Source: a virus. From it: a stretch of DNA of 64,000 nucleotides. The notes under the pieces were generated by a model that did no database searches, had not been told where the DNA came from, and was given only the letters and a program-made list of their open reading frames with translations. Where the stretch lies: the IMG/VR virus record IMGVR_UViG_3300048113_001121, positions 96,001 through 160,000 of that record; one strand, 5' to 3'. Of this stretch, positions 45,286 to 54,494 are shown in pieces; position 1 is the stretch's first letter, and each line of letters begins with the position of its first letter. Position numbers and translations under genes: made by a program.

Positions 45286-46899
45286 CTATTTTTCCGTATT
45301 CTTTTTTTCGTTTATATCAAAATTCTCCTTCTCATAACCCTCTATATCATTGTAAGCATAAGTCTCAAAATTAGGATTTGTTTCAACCCAAGTTTTATAT
45401 TCATATTGGTTATTTTTATTAACAAATATCTCATTAACTCTTAATTTTCTTTCTTCTAATTCCATCAACTGTTGATGTAAGTATTCCCTTTGTTCTCTAT
45501 ATTCAGGTTTATAAGCTAAATTATGTGATTCCTCAATATCGTTAACTAAGTCGTATAACTCATATTCTTTTTGATATCTACCTAATGAATCGAAATAATA
45601 TGTGTACTTCCAATCATGTGTACGGATTGCCCTTAATCTATTAGTTGCTTTAACAGAAGATGGTAAATTATTCGAACCCGACTTAGTATCATCAAAAGTA
45701 AATAATATAGAATCTTGAACTGATTTACCTTCCTCAATTATTGGTATTAAACTCTCACCTCTTGAGTTACTGTCTTTAGGTACACCAACAATCTCAGATA
45801 TCGTTGGGAATATATCAATAAGTGTTGCTAATTCATCTGACGATTCTTTTTTGTTAAACACAATAGGGTTTGATATCACCATAGGTATTCTTAACGCCTC
45901 TTCATAAGCAACAAAAGCCTTTTGTCTCATACCACCATGTGACATCCCCATCTCTCCGTGGTCCGCCAATCTTATAACCACCGCATCATCAGCGAGTCTA
46001 CTACCTTTGGTATCATCATAAAGTACATCAATAAATTTACCAATTTCACCATCAATCTTAGTTAGTAGGTATGCGTAAAAATTTAAGTAATTCAATTTCA
46101 TATCATCATTTCGTAAGACACCTAATAAACCATCAGCAGCAATGTTTGTTTGTAATTGAGCCATAGGTTTACCATTTTTAAGTAATTGTTCCGTAACTGT
46201 AGGTGGTAAGTCGGTAATAGTTCTACCAGTATATTCATCGGGAGTATAACCAAATTGTACTGACTTTGGATAACCTAACACATCATGAGGATTTACTAAA
46301 CTTAATACTAAACAATAAGGTTTTCTTGGTTCACCCTTTTGTCTACTGATTCTTACCTGTTCTAAATACTCTATACCTTCTTTCACATACCTTGCATCAG
46401 CATTTGGATAACCCCCACCAAAGTTTTCAGGTTTCGCATCTTCACCCGCATCAGGTCCAACCCAACCTTTAAACCCATAAAGTGATATTTCTTTAGCTAA
46501 TGGGTCACCACCATCAGCACCTTTACTTAAATGCCATTTACCTCTGTATTGTACATCGTAACCGATACTATCTAACATCTTACCAATGTTATTACTTTTA
46601 TTATTTAATTGTATTTCACCAGGTGAGTATATACCACCTGTTGTTAAGGTTTCAGTACATTGATGTTGTGATGGGTACGTACCAGTAAATAAAGTAGCTC
46701 TACTCGGTGTACACATACAACTATTACAGAAGGCTTTATCAAATGTGAAACCATTATCTTTTAATTTAGTTAGTGTTGGTAGATTTTCTTGTTCCCATCC
46801 TTCAGGAAAGTACTGAGTGGCTCTCTCTTGGTCTGTTATTATTATTACAATATCAGGTTTATCAACAAGTAATTCTTTAAATTTGTTTTGTTTTTTCAT
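45286..46899 (-). CDS. Formylglycine-dependent sulfatase (S1 family)
   Basis: IIITDQ, CTPSRATLFTG (CxPxR), GKWHL, NPHD and ADHG motifs. Confidence 0.92.
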   Translation of the reverse strand: MKKQNKFKELLVDKPDIVIIITDQERATQYFPEGWEQENLPTLTKLKDNGFTFDKAFCNSCMCTPSRATLFTGTYPSQHQCTETLTTGGIYSPGEIQLNNKSNNIGKMLDSIGYDVQYRGKWHLSKGADGGDPLAKEISLYGFKGWVGPDAGEDAKPENFGGGYPNADARYVKEGIEYLEQVRISRQKGEPRKPYCLVLSLVNPHDVLGYPKSVQFGYTPDEYTGRTITDLPPTVTEQLLKNGKPMAQLQTNIAADGLLGVLRNDDMKLNYLNFYAYLLTKIDGEIGKFIDVLYDDTKGSRLADDAVVIRLADHGEMGMSHGGMRQKAFVAYEEALRIPMVISNPIVFNKKESSDELATLIDIFPTISEIVGVPKDSNSRGESLIPIIEEGKSVQDSILFTFDDTKSGSNNLPSSVKATNRLRAIRTHDWKYTYYFDSLGRYQKEYELYDLVNDIEESHNLAYKPEYREQREYLHQQLMELEERKLRVNEIFVNKNNQYEYKTWVETNPNFETYAYNDIEGYEKENFDINEKKNTEK

Positions 46900-46988
46900 G
46901 ATGTATTTTTTTAAAAAGTATTAAATAAGATACTTTAGTGTATAGTTAATTGTTTATTTATACTTATTACTAACTAAAATTAAAAGAT

Positions 46989-47342
46989 ATGGCACACCCT
47001 ATTTTACACTCTAAATCATCCGCTAAAAAGTTTGGTGGGAAACCTGAAGATTATTTACATATACATAATTGGTTTGATGAAACTAAATCATGGATTGGAA
47101 CATCTTTTCATCGAATATTTAGACACCATTCAGAAGGTATCTTTGAATGTGAGAAAACCTTTGGTGAGTCATTCTTAAATTCAGACGGTAAAGAAGTTTT
47201 TGTTCGTTACATAGGTGAACAACACGTTAAAGAAGATTGTAATAACTATATTCCATCAGCAAAAGAATGGGTAGATGCTTTAAATAATAAAGAAAAACCC
47301 TTATGGATGATGAAAACTATGAAATTAAAGTTTACTGACTAA
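46989..47342 (+). CDS. DUF6915-like His-rich protein
   Basis: MAHPILHSKSSAKKFGGKPEDY..IHNWFDETK...HRIFRHHSEGIF...HVKED. Confidence 0.65.
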   Translation: MAHPILHSKSSAKKFGGKPEDYLHIHNWFDETKSWIGTSFHRIFRHHSEGIFECEKTFGESFLNSDGKEVFVRYIGEQHVKEDCNNYIPSAKEWVDALNNKEKPLWMMKTMKLKFTD

Positions 47343-47363
47343 TATTTATATATAAAAACTATC

Positions 47364-48035
47364 ATGGAACAGAAATACAAAGTACTATTTAATTTAATTA
47401 ATCCGGCATTCTTAAAATCAGGGTGTAAAAAAGCCGTTATGGAGTTTGATGAAGCCTTCTCAATCTATCAAGATGGGTATTATTGTGGTTATCAAAATAG
47501 TGGTAGTCCAAAAAGTTTCTTAATTCCTATTGAACGTGAACTTAGTGAGTATGTTGAAGAGGCTGTCGGTGATAATACTTGGCACGAAGAGACAGGTAGT
47601 GAATACTACACTTATGAAGTTGAAATTAACTCTGAATATAGAAGTGTTGAAATATTCGGAACCTACACAGTTTACGGTACCGAACCCATTAATGAAGTAG
47701 TAATAGATGAGGAAGAAGAACCAGAAGAATTTAAACCTATCTTTGATTACTTAAACGATGAAGGGTCCGACATATTAGAAGTTAATGTAGACGCTGGTGG
47801 AGATAGTGGTTGGATTCACGACACAAACGATGACGTTAATGGTAATACTATACAAACTTCAGACCAAATGGAAGAAGTATGTTATAGACTATTAAACCAA
47901 CATCCTGGATGGGAAATTAATGAAGGTTCTTACGCTAAGTTTACATTTGACCCACATAGACGTATTTTGATATGGGAATTCGCTTACAATACTGAAGAAC
48001 AGGCAAGAGAATTAGTGTCTTCTGAAAAGTTTTAA
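47364..48035 (+). CDS. Hypothetical acidic protein (DUF6878-like GGDSG motif)
   Basis: VDAGGDSG...GWEINEGS motif; adjacent to the DUF6915-like gene. Confidence 0.55.
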   Translation: MEQKYKVLFNLINPAFLKSGCKKAVMEFDEAFSIYQDGYYCGYQNSGSPKSFLIPIERELSEYVEEAVGDNTWHEETGSEYYTYEVEINSEYRSVEIFGTYTVYGTEPINEVVIDEEEEPEEFKPIFDYLNDEGSDILEVNVDAGGDSGWIHDTNDDVNGNTIQTSDQMEEVCYRLLNQHPGWEINEGSYAKFTFDPHRRILIWEFAYNTEEQARELVSSEKF

Positions 48036-48436
48036 GTTAATTTTTCACCAATTTTATCACCAAACATTAACTCACGTTTCCACTTTAAATCTTTGGATTT
48101 ATAACTGAGGTAACTCTCCACACCTGAAATTAATGCCCCTTCAAACGTATCGTAATCCAAATCAGAAACACCTAAGTTAGTTTCGTCACAAAGAATATCC
48201 TCCTCCTGTCCAAAATCATTTAAGTCTATAACTGAGTAATAATAAGAAAGTTCAGGACCTTCGCTCGCATCTCTAAAAGGTAAGGCGGTAATATAAATGT
48301 GTTGGTTACGTAACCACGATAAAACATCATCCATATCAGGATATTTGTTCAAAGCGGTAACATCACCGACTTTTACGGTCTCAAAGGGGTAAACACATGT
48401 TTGTAGGTAGTTGAAGATTGTTTCAGTAATTCGCAT
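48032..48436 (-). CDS. Hypothetical protein
   Basis: ORF track; TAAGTTTG promoter element upstream. Confidence 0.65.
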   Translation of the reverse strand: MRITETIFNYLQTCVYPFETVKVGDVTALNKYPDMDDVLSWLRNQHIYITALPFRDASEGPELSYYYSVIDLNDFGQEEDILCDETNLGVSDLDYDTFEGALISGVESYLSYKSKDLKWKRELMFGDKIGEKLT

Positions 48437-48477
48437 AAGATTATTTATTTTCTACAAACTTAAAATAAATAATGGAA

Positions 48478-49386
48478 TTAATCAACCTTTTTTGTTCGAT
48501 TTTCACTAAAAGTAGTGCTATGTCCTAATTTAGGATGGTTAGACAGCGATTTAGAGTTGTAAATGGATTTGAAACTATTTTCATTAACTATGTTGTAATC
48601 GATACTATCTGAATCTAAACCATATGGCTGTGTTATACTATCCACATAATCTCTAAGTACATCACCAATTTCATAACCTATTTCATCCAAAACACCCTTA
48701 ACACTCTCAGGTACATTATCGTTATTACTCCATAAATCACCTAACATATAAGTTTCACCATCATTCATTAAAGTTACAGATGAGTTTTCACCATTAATTG
48801 TAACCATAACATCATAATACGCAACATATTCCGATGTGTCTGATAAGATATGATTGGTCTGACCCGTATAAATATCCATAGTCACCTCACTAATAATTCC
48901 CTCAATCTCATAACCGGCTTGAGTATAATTAAATGGTTCACCAACCTTTAACTCTTTTTTAATTTTCTCATAAACATTATAAATCCCACCAAAGTATTCA
49001 ATTTTATAAGCTAATATTTTAGCTTTATCCTCCCTATTAGAACTGTCTAAACCTAAGTAATGGTAAATAGGTGTAGATTCAACACCTTTGTCGTCCCAAT
49101 ACTTAAATAATAAATCTTTTTGCTTTTCGTTTTCCTGTAACGATTCCTCTTCCTTTGAGAAATAATCTTTATTCTTAATAAGAAAATCGTAGAAATATTC
49201 TAATGGTAGTTGTTTTTTTGTTCCTTCGTACTTTTGTGATAAGTCTTGATATACCTCATCTAACATACCCATCTTTAGACCTTTAATCAAGTCGCTAAAT
49301 ATATCAGCAAATAGTGCAAACATTTTTATGTCAACACCACTGTATCGTTCGTGAACTATATTTTCTAAGAGTTTAAGTAGTTTCAT
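48478..49386 (-). CDS. Hypothetical acidic protein
   Basis: ORF track; TATTTAT upstream. Confidence 0.7.
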   Translation of the reverse strand: MKLLKLLENIVHERYSGVDIKMFALFADIFSDLIKGLKMGMLDEVYQDLSQKYEGTKKQLPLEYFYDFLIKNKDYFSKEEESLQENEKQKDLLFKYWDDKGVESTPIYHYLGLDSSNREDKAKILAYKIEYFGGIYNVYEKIKKELKVGEPFNYTQAGYEIEGIISEVTMDIYTGQTNHILSDTSEYVAYYDVMVTINGENSSVTLMNDGETYMLGDLWSNNDNVPESVKGVLDEIGYEIGDVLRDYVDSITQPYGLDSDSIDYNIVNENSFKSIYNSKSLSNHPKLGHSTTFSENRTKKVD

Positions 49387-49401
49387 TACAGATAAATATA
49401 T

Positions 49402-49992
49402 CTAAAATGTAGTTTGCCACTCTTTAAATTCTTTTCGGTCTTCTTTACTAATCCATAATTCATGACCTTCCAAAGAACTATGACTAACTTCTACCCAATT
49501 CGGTATTAATACTCGTTGATGGTTTTCCCATATATGATAGGTTAATTGTTCAATACTTTTTCTCAAATACTGAGCACTTTCAGGGAAATCTTCCATAACC
49601 ATCTGTCTATAGACCCCCCATTCATATTTATGACTTTGGTCTTTAACAAATTTATTTCTTTCAGAATATCTTTCAATACTATCCATATCTTTATACATAA
49701 AAACAACTAAAACATCTTGTAAGTAATCTGTTATTCTATGTAAATGTCCCGATTGTGAAGGACCAAAAGATGAGTACTTATCGTTCATATGATTTTTATG
49801 AAATGTTCTTATACCATCTTCTTCATTATACCCATTTAAATCCCACGCATATTCACCTCTAACTTCAGGTAAATTAAAATCTTTAGATATTATTTTTGTC
49901 ATTATCTTATTACCCGCACCATGAGGTCCAGTGACAATAACTTTATTGTATTTACTAATAACTGACTTTAAATCTTTATATTCCTTACTCAT
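49402..49992 (-). CDS. P-loop protein, possibly sulfotransferase-like
   Basis: VIVTGPHGAGNKIM resembles a PAPS-binding or P-loop segment. Confidence 0.45.
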   Translation of the reverse strand: MSKEYKDLKSVISKYNKVIVTGPHGAGNKIMTKIISKDFNLPEVRGEYAWDLNGYNEEDGIRTFHKNHMNDKYSSFGPSQSGHLHRITDYLQDVLVVFMYKDMDSIERYSERNKFVKDQSHKYEWGVYRQMVMEDFPESAQYLRKSIEQLTYHIWENHQRVLIPNWVEVSHSSLEGHELWISKEDRKEFKEWQTTF

Positions 49993-50386
49993 CTTTTTTT
50001 ATGTTTTCTAAAATTATACCATTAATATTATCACCATATAAATTAGGGAACTCATGTTTTAAATCCTTTAACGGTATAACTAAACCTTCCCATTCTTCCT
50101 GTTCATGTATTTCATTAACCATAAAATTATAAAAGTCTATACTCTGTTTAGACCTAAAAACTTCTCTTATTATTTTTTGTATATGAGTAAACTCTTTATT
50201 ACGTAAATCAACACCCGTAACGTTTTTAGCTCTACCCCATACAAATTTAACCCTTGAGTTTATATCCACCGTATGTGTTTCAACATTATCTTCAAACACA
50301 TCTCTTAAATATATTTCTTTATTGCCCTTTATCTCAAAAGTATAGTATCTTTGGATGAAGTTAATTACGTTTTTCTCCATTAACAT
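49985..50386 (-). CDS. Hypothetical protein
   Basis: ORF track. Confidence 0.6.
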   Translation of the reverse strand: MLMEKNVINFIQRYYTFEIKGNKEIYLRDVFEDNVETHTVDINSRVKFVWGRAKNVTGVDLRNKEFTHIQKIIREVFRSKQSIDFYNFMVNEIHEQEEWEGLVIPLKDLKHEFPNLYGDNINGIILENIKKDE

Positions 50387-50564
50387 CCTCTTTTAAGATA
50401 GAACAATAATAGTAATCACCAGTGTCTTTAAACTTATTAAATAAAAACTTTCTTACCGAATCAGAATCATATTCTTTAAGTAAGGTAGACGCGTAAAGGT
50501 GTTTAGCACTATCCCACACATCATCTCTTTCAATATTATCAATAAGAATTTGTTTACTTAACAT
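50361..50564 (-). CDS. Hypothetical protein
   Basis: ORF track. Confidence 0.55.
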   Translation of the reverse strand: MLSKQILIDNIERDDVWDSAKHLYASTLLKEYDSDSVRKFLFNKFKDTGDYYYCSILKEDVNGEKRN

Positions 50565-50567
50565 CGT

Positions 50568-51626
50568 TTAATTACTTAATGGAGCTTTAATAGTTGGTTT
50601 ATAATTATAATTTATTAATTCATAGTTGAATTCACCACCTAATAAATTAACACCTTTAAAGTTAATATGTGGTAAATCGTAACCTTCTCTCTTAATCTGT
50701 TCTTTAGCCTGATTTAAATGATTTTGATATAAATGGACATCACCTAAATTACCTATTAATTGGTCTGGTATCATATGTACCTCTTTTGCAATTAACATAA
50801 GTAAAGTAGCATATGAAGAAATGTTAAATGGTAACCCTAAGAATGTGTCTACAGACCTTTGGTTCCACATTAATGATATAGCTCTCTTTGGTGTTGGTTC
50901 GTGTCTTTTATCATCAAAATCAGGTAGGTTTTTAGGGTCGAAATATCTTTCCATACCTGTCTCATAATTATTTTTGAACCAGTATTCATATCTCTCTTTA
51001 TCAGTTAATAATCTAGTGTATATTTGAAACCCATAATGACATGGAGGTAAAGTCATTAAATCTAACTCCCCAACATTCCAAGCACTAACCATTAACCTTC
51101 TTGAGTCTGGATTCCTTTTAAGTTGTTCAAGTAAATTTTTAATTTGGTCAACACTTTTTTCGTTATAAACTTGTAACGTATCCCCTTCAAATACTTGCTC
51201 ACCTTCTTGAAACCATCCTCTCCACTGAGCACCATATACAGGACCTAACTCACCCCATGTCTTTGCAAATTCATCATCGGTTTTGATTCGTTCAATAAAC
51301 TCATCCATAGTATCAGGCCAATTACCTTTATACTCATTAGTTTTACTAATATAGTTTTTGAAAGCATCACCATTCCAAATGTTACATCCGTTGTCCACCA
51401 AGTACTTGATGTTGGTATCTCCTTTTAAGAACCACTTCAATTCAGTCATCATTGTTTTGACTGCCATCTTCTTTGTGGTAAGAAGAGGAAACCCTTCTTT
51501 CATATTATGTCTTATAGTATAACCAAAAATAGACTTAGTACCCGTACCAGTCCTATCTGATTTATCTACACCATGTTCTAAAATAGTAGATAGTAATTCG
51601 TTATATTGTTTATCAATACTATTCAT
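50568..51626 (-). CDS. thyA: Thymidylate synthase
   Basis: DRTGTGTKS, ELGPVYGAQWR, SAWNV, LPPCH (catalytic Cys) and NQRSVDTFLGLPFN motifs. Confidence 0.97.
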   Translation of the reverse strand: MNSIDKQYNELLSTILEHGVDKSDRTGTGTKSIFGYTIRHNMKEGFPLLTTKKMAVKTMMTELKWFLKGDTNIKYLVDNGCNIWNGDAFKNYISKTNEYKGNWPDTMDEFIERIKTDDEFAKTWGELGPVYGAQWRGWFQEGEQVFEGDTLQVYNEKSVDQIKNLLEQLKRNPDSRRLMVSAWNVGELDLMTLPPCHYGFQIYTRLLTDKERYEYWFKNNYETGMERYFDPKNLPDFDDKRHEPTPKRAISLMWNQRSVDTFLGLPFNISSYATLLMLIAKEVHMIPDQLIGNLGDVHLYQNHLNQAKEQIKREGYDLPHINFKGVNLLGGEFNYELINYNYKPTIKAPLSN

Positions 51627-51631
51627 TTTAC

Positions 51632-51847
51632 TTATGAGTGTAAGTATTCAATAATAGTTGATTGTTGTGGTACTCTAATAATTGGAACACTCGGACCCGC
51701 AGGTTCTTGTTTTTGTCTAACTTCGTAATAGTTATTCCCATCATCTTTAATTGTTGTCACATTTGGATATTCAACAACATGAGTCTTTTCCATGTCAGGT
51801 TTATAAACCAAAGTATGTTTTTTTGTATTAAACGTTAATTTTATCAT
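51632..51847 (-). CDS. Hypothetical protein
   Basis: ORF track. Confidence 0.6.
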   Translation of the reverse strand: MIKLTFNTKKHTLVYKPDMEKTHVVEYPNVTTIKDDGNNYYEVRQKQEPAGPSVPIIRVPQQSTIIEYLHS

Positions 51848-51937
51848 CTTATATTATTTTTTAGTATTTTTAAGGCATTAAAAAACCTTTCTCCTAAAAT
51901 AGAAGAAAGGTTAGTATTTGTCAATATATTATTTAAA

Positions 51938-52237
51938 TTAAGTTCCGATAACTAACTCGTCATAATTCAGTTTTTCCATACCTTTTAGCTCTTCCTCAGC
52001 CTCATCGTACATGAAAGATTTTACAACTGAAACAACACTCTGTTCTGATTGAGCAATTTTACTTTCCATCCAATCATCAAGTTGTTCACCTTCTTCCATT
52101 TGTTCCCACATTTTATATGCTAGTGTGGCTATTGTAAATAATTGTTGTTTTGCCATATAAGAACCATCATGAGAACCCTCTTTAATGTTTGACTTTAATT
52201 TACGTAATTGTGATTCAGTTATTATTATGTTTGACAT
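51938..52237 (-). CDS. Hypothetical protein with an N-terminal ITESQL motif
   Basis: MSNIIITESQLRKLKSNIKE. Confidence 0.7.
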   Translation of the reverse strand: MSNIIITESQLRKLKSNIKEGSHDGSYMAKQQLFTIATLAYKMWEQMEEGEQLDDWMESKIAQSEQSVVSVVKSFMYDEAEEELKGMEKLNYDELVIGT

Positions 52238-52399
52238 ATCCGTTGGTATTTTATTATAAATATAGTTATATTAGTAAAATTGTAGATTATTAATTAAAAA
52301 AGGTGAAGATTTCTCTCCACCTTTAGGGACCGACTTTGGCTATCGGACTACTCCACCATCTCATTTAATCTAATAAGAAAATCTATCTTTCCTTCACCT

Positions 52400-52549
52400 C
52401 TAAACCATTTCTTCAATGATTCCTATTACTTCACTAACTATAAGTATAATACAAGCGGTAATCAAGTTAAAAGGAATAAAACCGTAACCAATAATTCTAA
52501 CACCTGATTTAATAAAACTTATAATTTTGTGCCACTTTTGATTTGGCAT
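52400..52549 (-). CDS. Small membrane protein (49 aa)
   Basis: Manual translation MPNQKWHKIISFIKSGVRIIGYGFIPFNLITACIILIVSEVIGIIEEMV*. Confidence 0.65.
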   Translation of the reverse strand: MPNQKWHKIISFIKSGVRIIGYGFIPFNLITACIILIVSEVIGIIEEMV

Positions 52550-52562
52550 ATGTTTAATATCA

Positions 52563-53042
52563 TCAATCATCCATACCTAATTTACGTTCAAAATAATTTG
52601 CATCTTCAATAACCTCAGGGTTCTGTTTAATAGTTTGCATCGCAATCATATCTTTCATTCTTGTTGTTGACCATCCATGTGCTCTACTCGTGTAGATTAC
52701 CTTTGGTGGTAAGTCATCACCCGTAAATGATTTACCAATATAATCTTCACCAAGAATTCTAATATCAGGTTCAAAGAATTTAATTAAATCATACAATTCT
52801 TCTTCAGTTTGATACACATAAACCTCATCAATATATTGAATTGCCATTAAGGTTCTATATCTTTCATATAATGGAACCACTGGTTTGTACTTGGATTTTC
52901 TATGTAACGATGGGTCTCTTTGTAAAAACACAATGAATTTATCACAATGTTTTCTTGCGTCTTCAAATGTGTAAATGTAACCCGGATGCATTAAATCAAA
53001 ATTACCTGCTGTGAACCCTACAATTTCTTTTTTTTCACTCAT
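52563..53042 (-). CDS. Cytidylyltransferase (TagD/glycerol-3-phosphate CT-like)
   Basis: GFTAGNFDLMHPG, PVVPLYER, RILGEDY and WSTT motifs. Confidence 0.85.
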   Translation of the reverse strand: MSEKKEIVGFTAGNFDLMHPGYIYTFEDARKHCDKFIVFLQRDPSLHRKSKYKPVVPLYERYRTLMAIQYIDEVYVYQTEEELYDLIKFFEPDIRILGEDYIGKSFTGDDLPPKVIYTSRAHGWSTTRMKDMIAMQTIKQNPEVIEDANYFERKLGMDD

Positions 53043-53230
53043 AATTTAAAACTTTCTTTATAATGTTTATCTTTTTTTACCACTTCATTTAAAGTTAGTA
53101 GTTGTGAAATATGATAAGAACTATTATCTGTCATGTAAATAATAAATTGGTTTTCAATTTCTTCTATCTCATTAATTACCTTTATAGTTTTACTATCTCG
53201 TGGTATTACATAATCACCTACCTTAAACAT
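53039..53230 (-). CDS. Hypothetical protein
   Basis: ORF track. Confidence 0.55.
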   Translation of the reverse strand: MFKVGDYVIPRDSKTIKVINEIEEIENQFIIYMTDNSSYHISQLLTLNEVVKKDKHYKESFKL

Positions 53231-53576
53231 TTTTAAGTTGTTTTAGTTTAATACCTAATAGGTCTAAAGTATTCTTATCCTTAACAGTTTTTTTAGCTTT
53301 TTTCTTAATCTCGTTGATTAAACCTTCAATATATTTAATCTCAGGATTAATTTCCTCAACAACCTTAACGGTCTTATCCATTTTAACCCCGTTTATCTTG
53401 TTTTTAAGGTACACAGATAATAATTCTATGAGTTTATATGAGAAGTAGAATCCAAGACAAATAAGACCTGTTTCTACTAGTTTTTCTGTCCCTACAAAAT
53501 GAACACCTACTAACATAAAGATTAAAATAATAACCATTTTAATCATACTCCATAAATTATTAATTATTTTTACCAT
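53223..53576 (-). CDS. Hypothetical membrane protein
   Basis: Two hydrophobic segments. Confidence 0.6.
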   Translation of the reverse strand: MVKIINNLWSMIKMVIILIFMLVGVHFVGTEKLVETGLICLGFYFSYKLIELLSVYLKNKINGVKMDKTVKVVEEINPEIKYIEGLINEIKKKAKKTVKDKNTLDLLGIKLKQLKNV

Positions 53577-53578
53577 TT

Positions 53579-53836
53579 TTATTGTGTTTTAGATTTTTGA
53601 ATTGCGTACTCGGCTAAACTAATTTTTTGAACGTTACCAATTACCATTGAAGACCTTAATAAATCATATGGTATGTGAAGAAGAAAATCATTACCGTTTG
53701 ATGTGGTTAAATCCTCTTTAAGTTCCAAACAAGAATGAACCATTTTAAGATATATTTTAAACTGTATATCATCATCAAAACTTTTTTCTTGAAGGATTCC
53801 AAACTTTGGGTGTTCTATTTTAATTGTCTTCATCAT
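53579..53836 (-). CDS. Hypothetical protein
   Basis: ORF track. Confidence 0.6.
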   Translation of the reverse strand: MMKTIKIEHPKFGILQEKSFDDDIQFKIYLKMVHSCLELKEDLTTSNGNDFLLHIPYDLLRSSMVIGNVQKISLAEYAIQKSKTQ

Positions 53837-53842
53837 ATACCT

Positions 53843-54103
53843 TTAGTCTTCATTAAAATTAATACCATATTTTTCATTCATAGTTTTTCTAAAGTCTTCA
53901 CTAACTTTTTTCAAACCTTCATTGATTCCGTTTACACATAAATCACTATATGATTCTACTATATTCATGACAGAAACTTGTTCCATAGGTAAACATTTAC
54001 TGTCCTCAGTAAAAATTACAGTGTCTTCACCAAATGATTCAATAGATTCAATAATGTGTGTTGAACCGATTTTATTATCTTTTATTTTATCTCCTTTTTT
54101 CAT
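53843..54103 (-). CDS. Hypothetical protein
   Basis: ORF track. Confidence 0.6.
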   Translation of the reverse strand: MKKGDKIKDNKIGSTHIIESIESFGEDTVIFTEDSKCLPMEQVSVMNIVESYSDLCVNGINEGLKKVSEDFRKTMNEKYGINFNED

Positions 54104-54147
54104 ATTACAAATATAATTAAATTTTTTGATTTAAACTAATATTATGT

Positions 54148-54378
54148 TTAAAAGTCTTCGTTAGTTAATGTTTTCATTTCCGTATTATTTGGTGGAGTTA
54201 CAGATTCGGGTGTTGAACTAAAAACTAATGTTTTTAATAAGAACACAACTAAGATAATTCCAACTATCCAACCGCCAACCCTACCTGACGCGGCAAAGAT
54301 ATTTCCAATACCTTTTAGTAATTGTGAACCAAATGTTAAAACGAAACCGATAATGACTAATGTGATAATTCCTTCCAT
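54148..54378 (-). CDS. Two-TM membrane protein
   Basis: Two hydrophobic helices. Confidence 0.65.
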   Translation of the reverse strand: MEGIITLVIIGFVLTFGSQLLKGIGNIFAASGRVGGWIVGIILVVFLLKTLVFSSTPESVTPPNNTEMKTLTNEDF

Positions 54379-54399
54379 AATTTTATTTTTTTATTTATA

Positions 54400-54431
54400 C
54401 AAATATAGTGAATAATATTCACTTACACAAA
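54400..54431 (-). promoter_or_regulatory. Bacteroidota-type promoter with a palindrome in the spacer
   Basis: TTTG, 20 nt, TATATTTG; inverted repeat AGTGAATA-N-TATTCACT at 54407-54423. Confidence 0.7.
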
Positions 54432-54442
54432 TTATTGAGCAT

Positions 54443-54474
54443 AAAAAAAACCTCAGTCGGTTAGAACTGAGGTT
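54443..54474 (-). terminator. Intrinsic terminator after the large ncRNA
   Basis: AACCTCAGT/ACTGAGGTT hairpin followed by a T-run on the minus strand. Confidence 0.8.
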
Positions 54475-54494
54475 AAGGAAGATATATAATAGAG

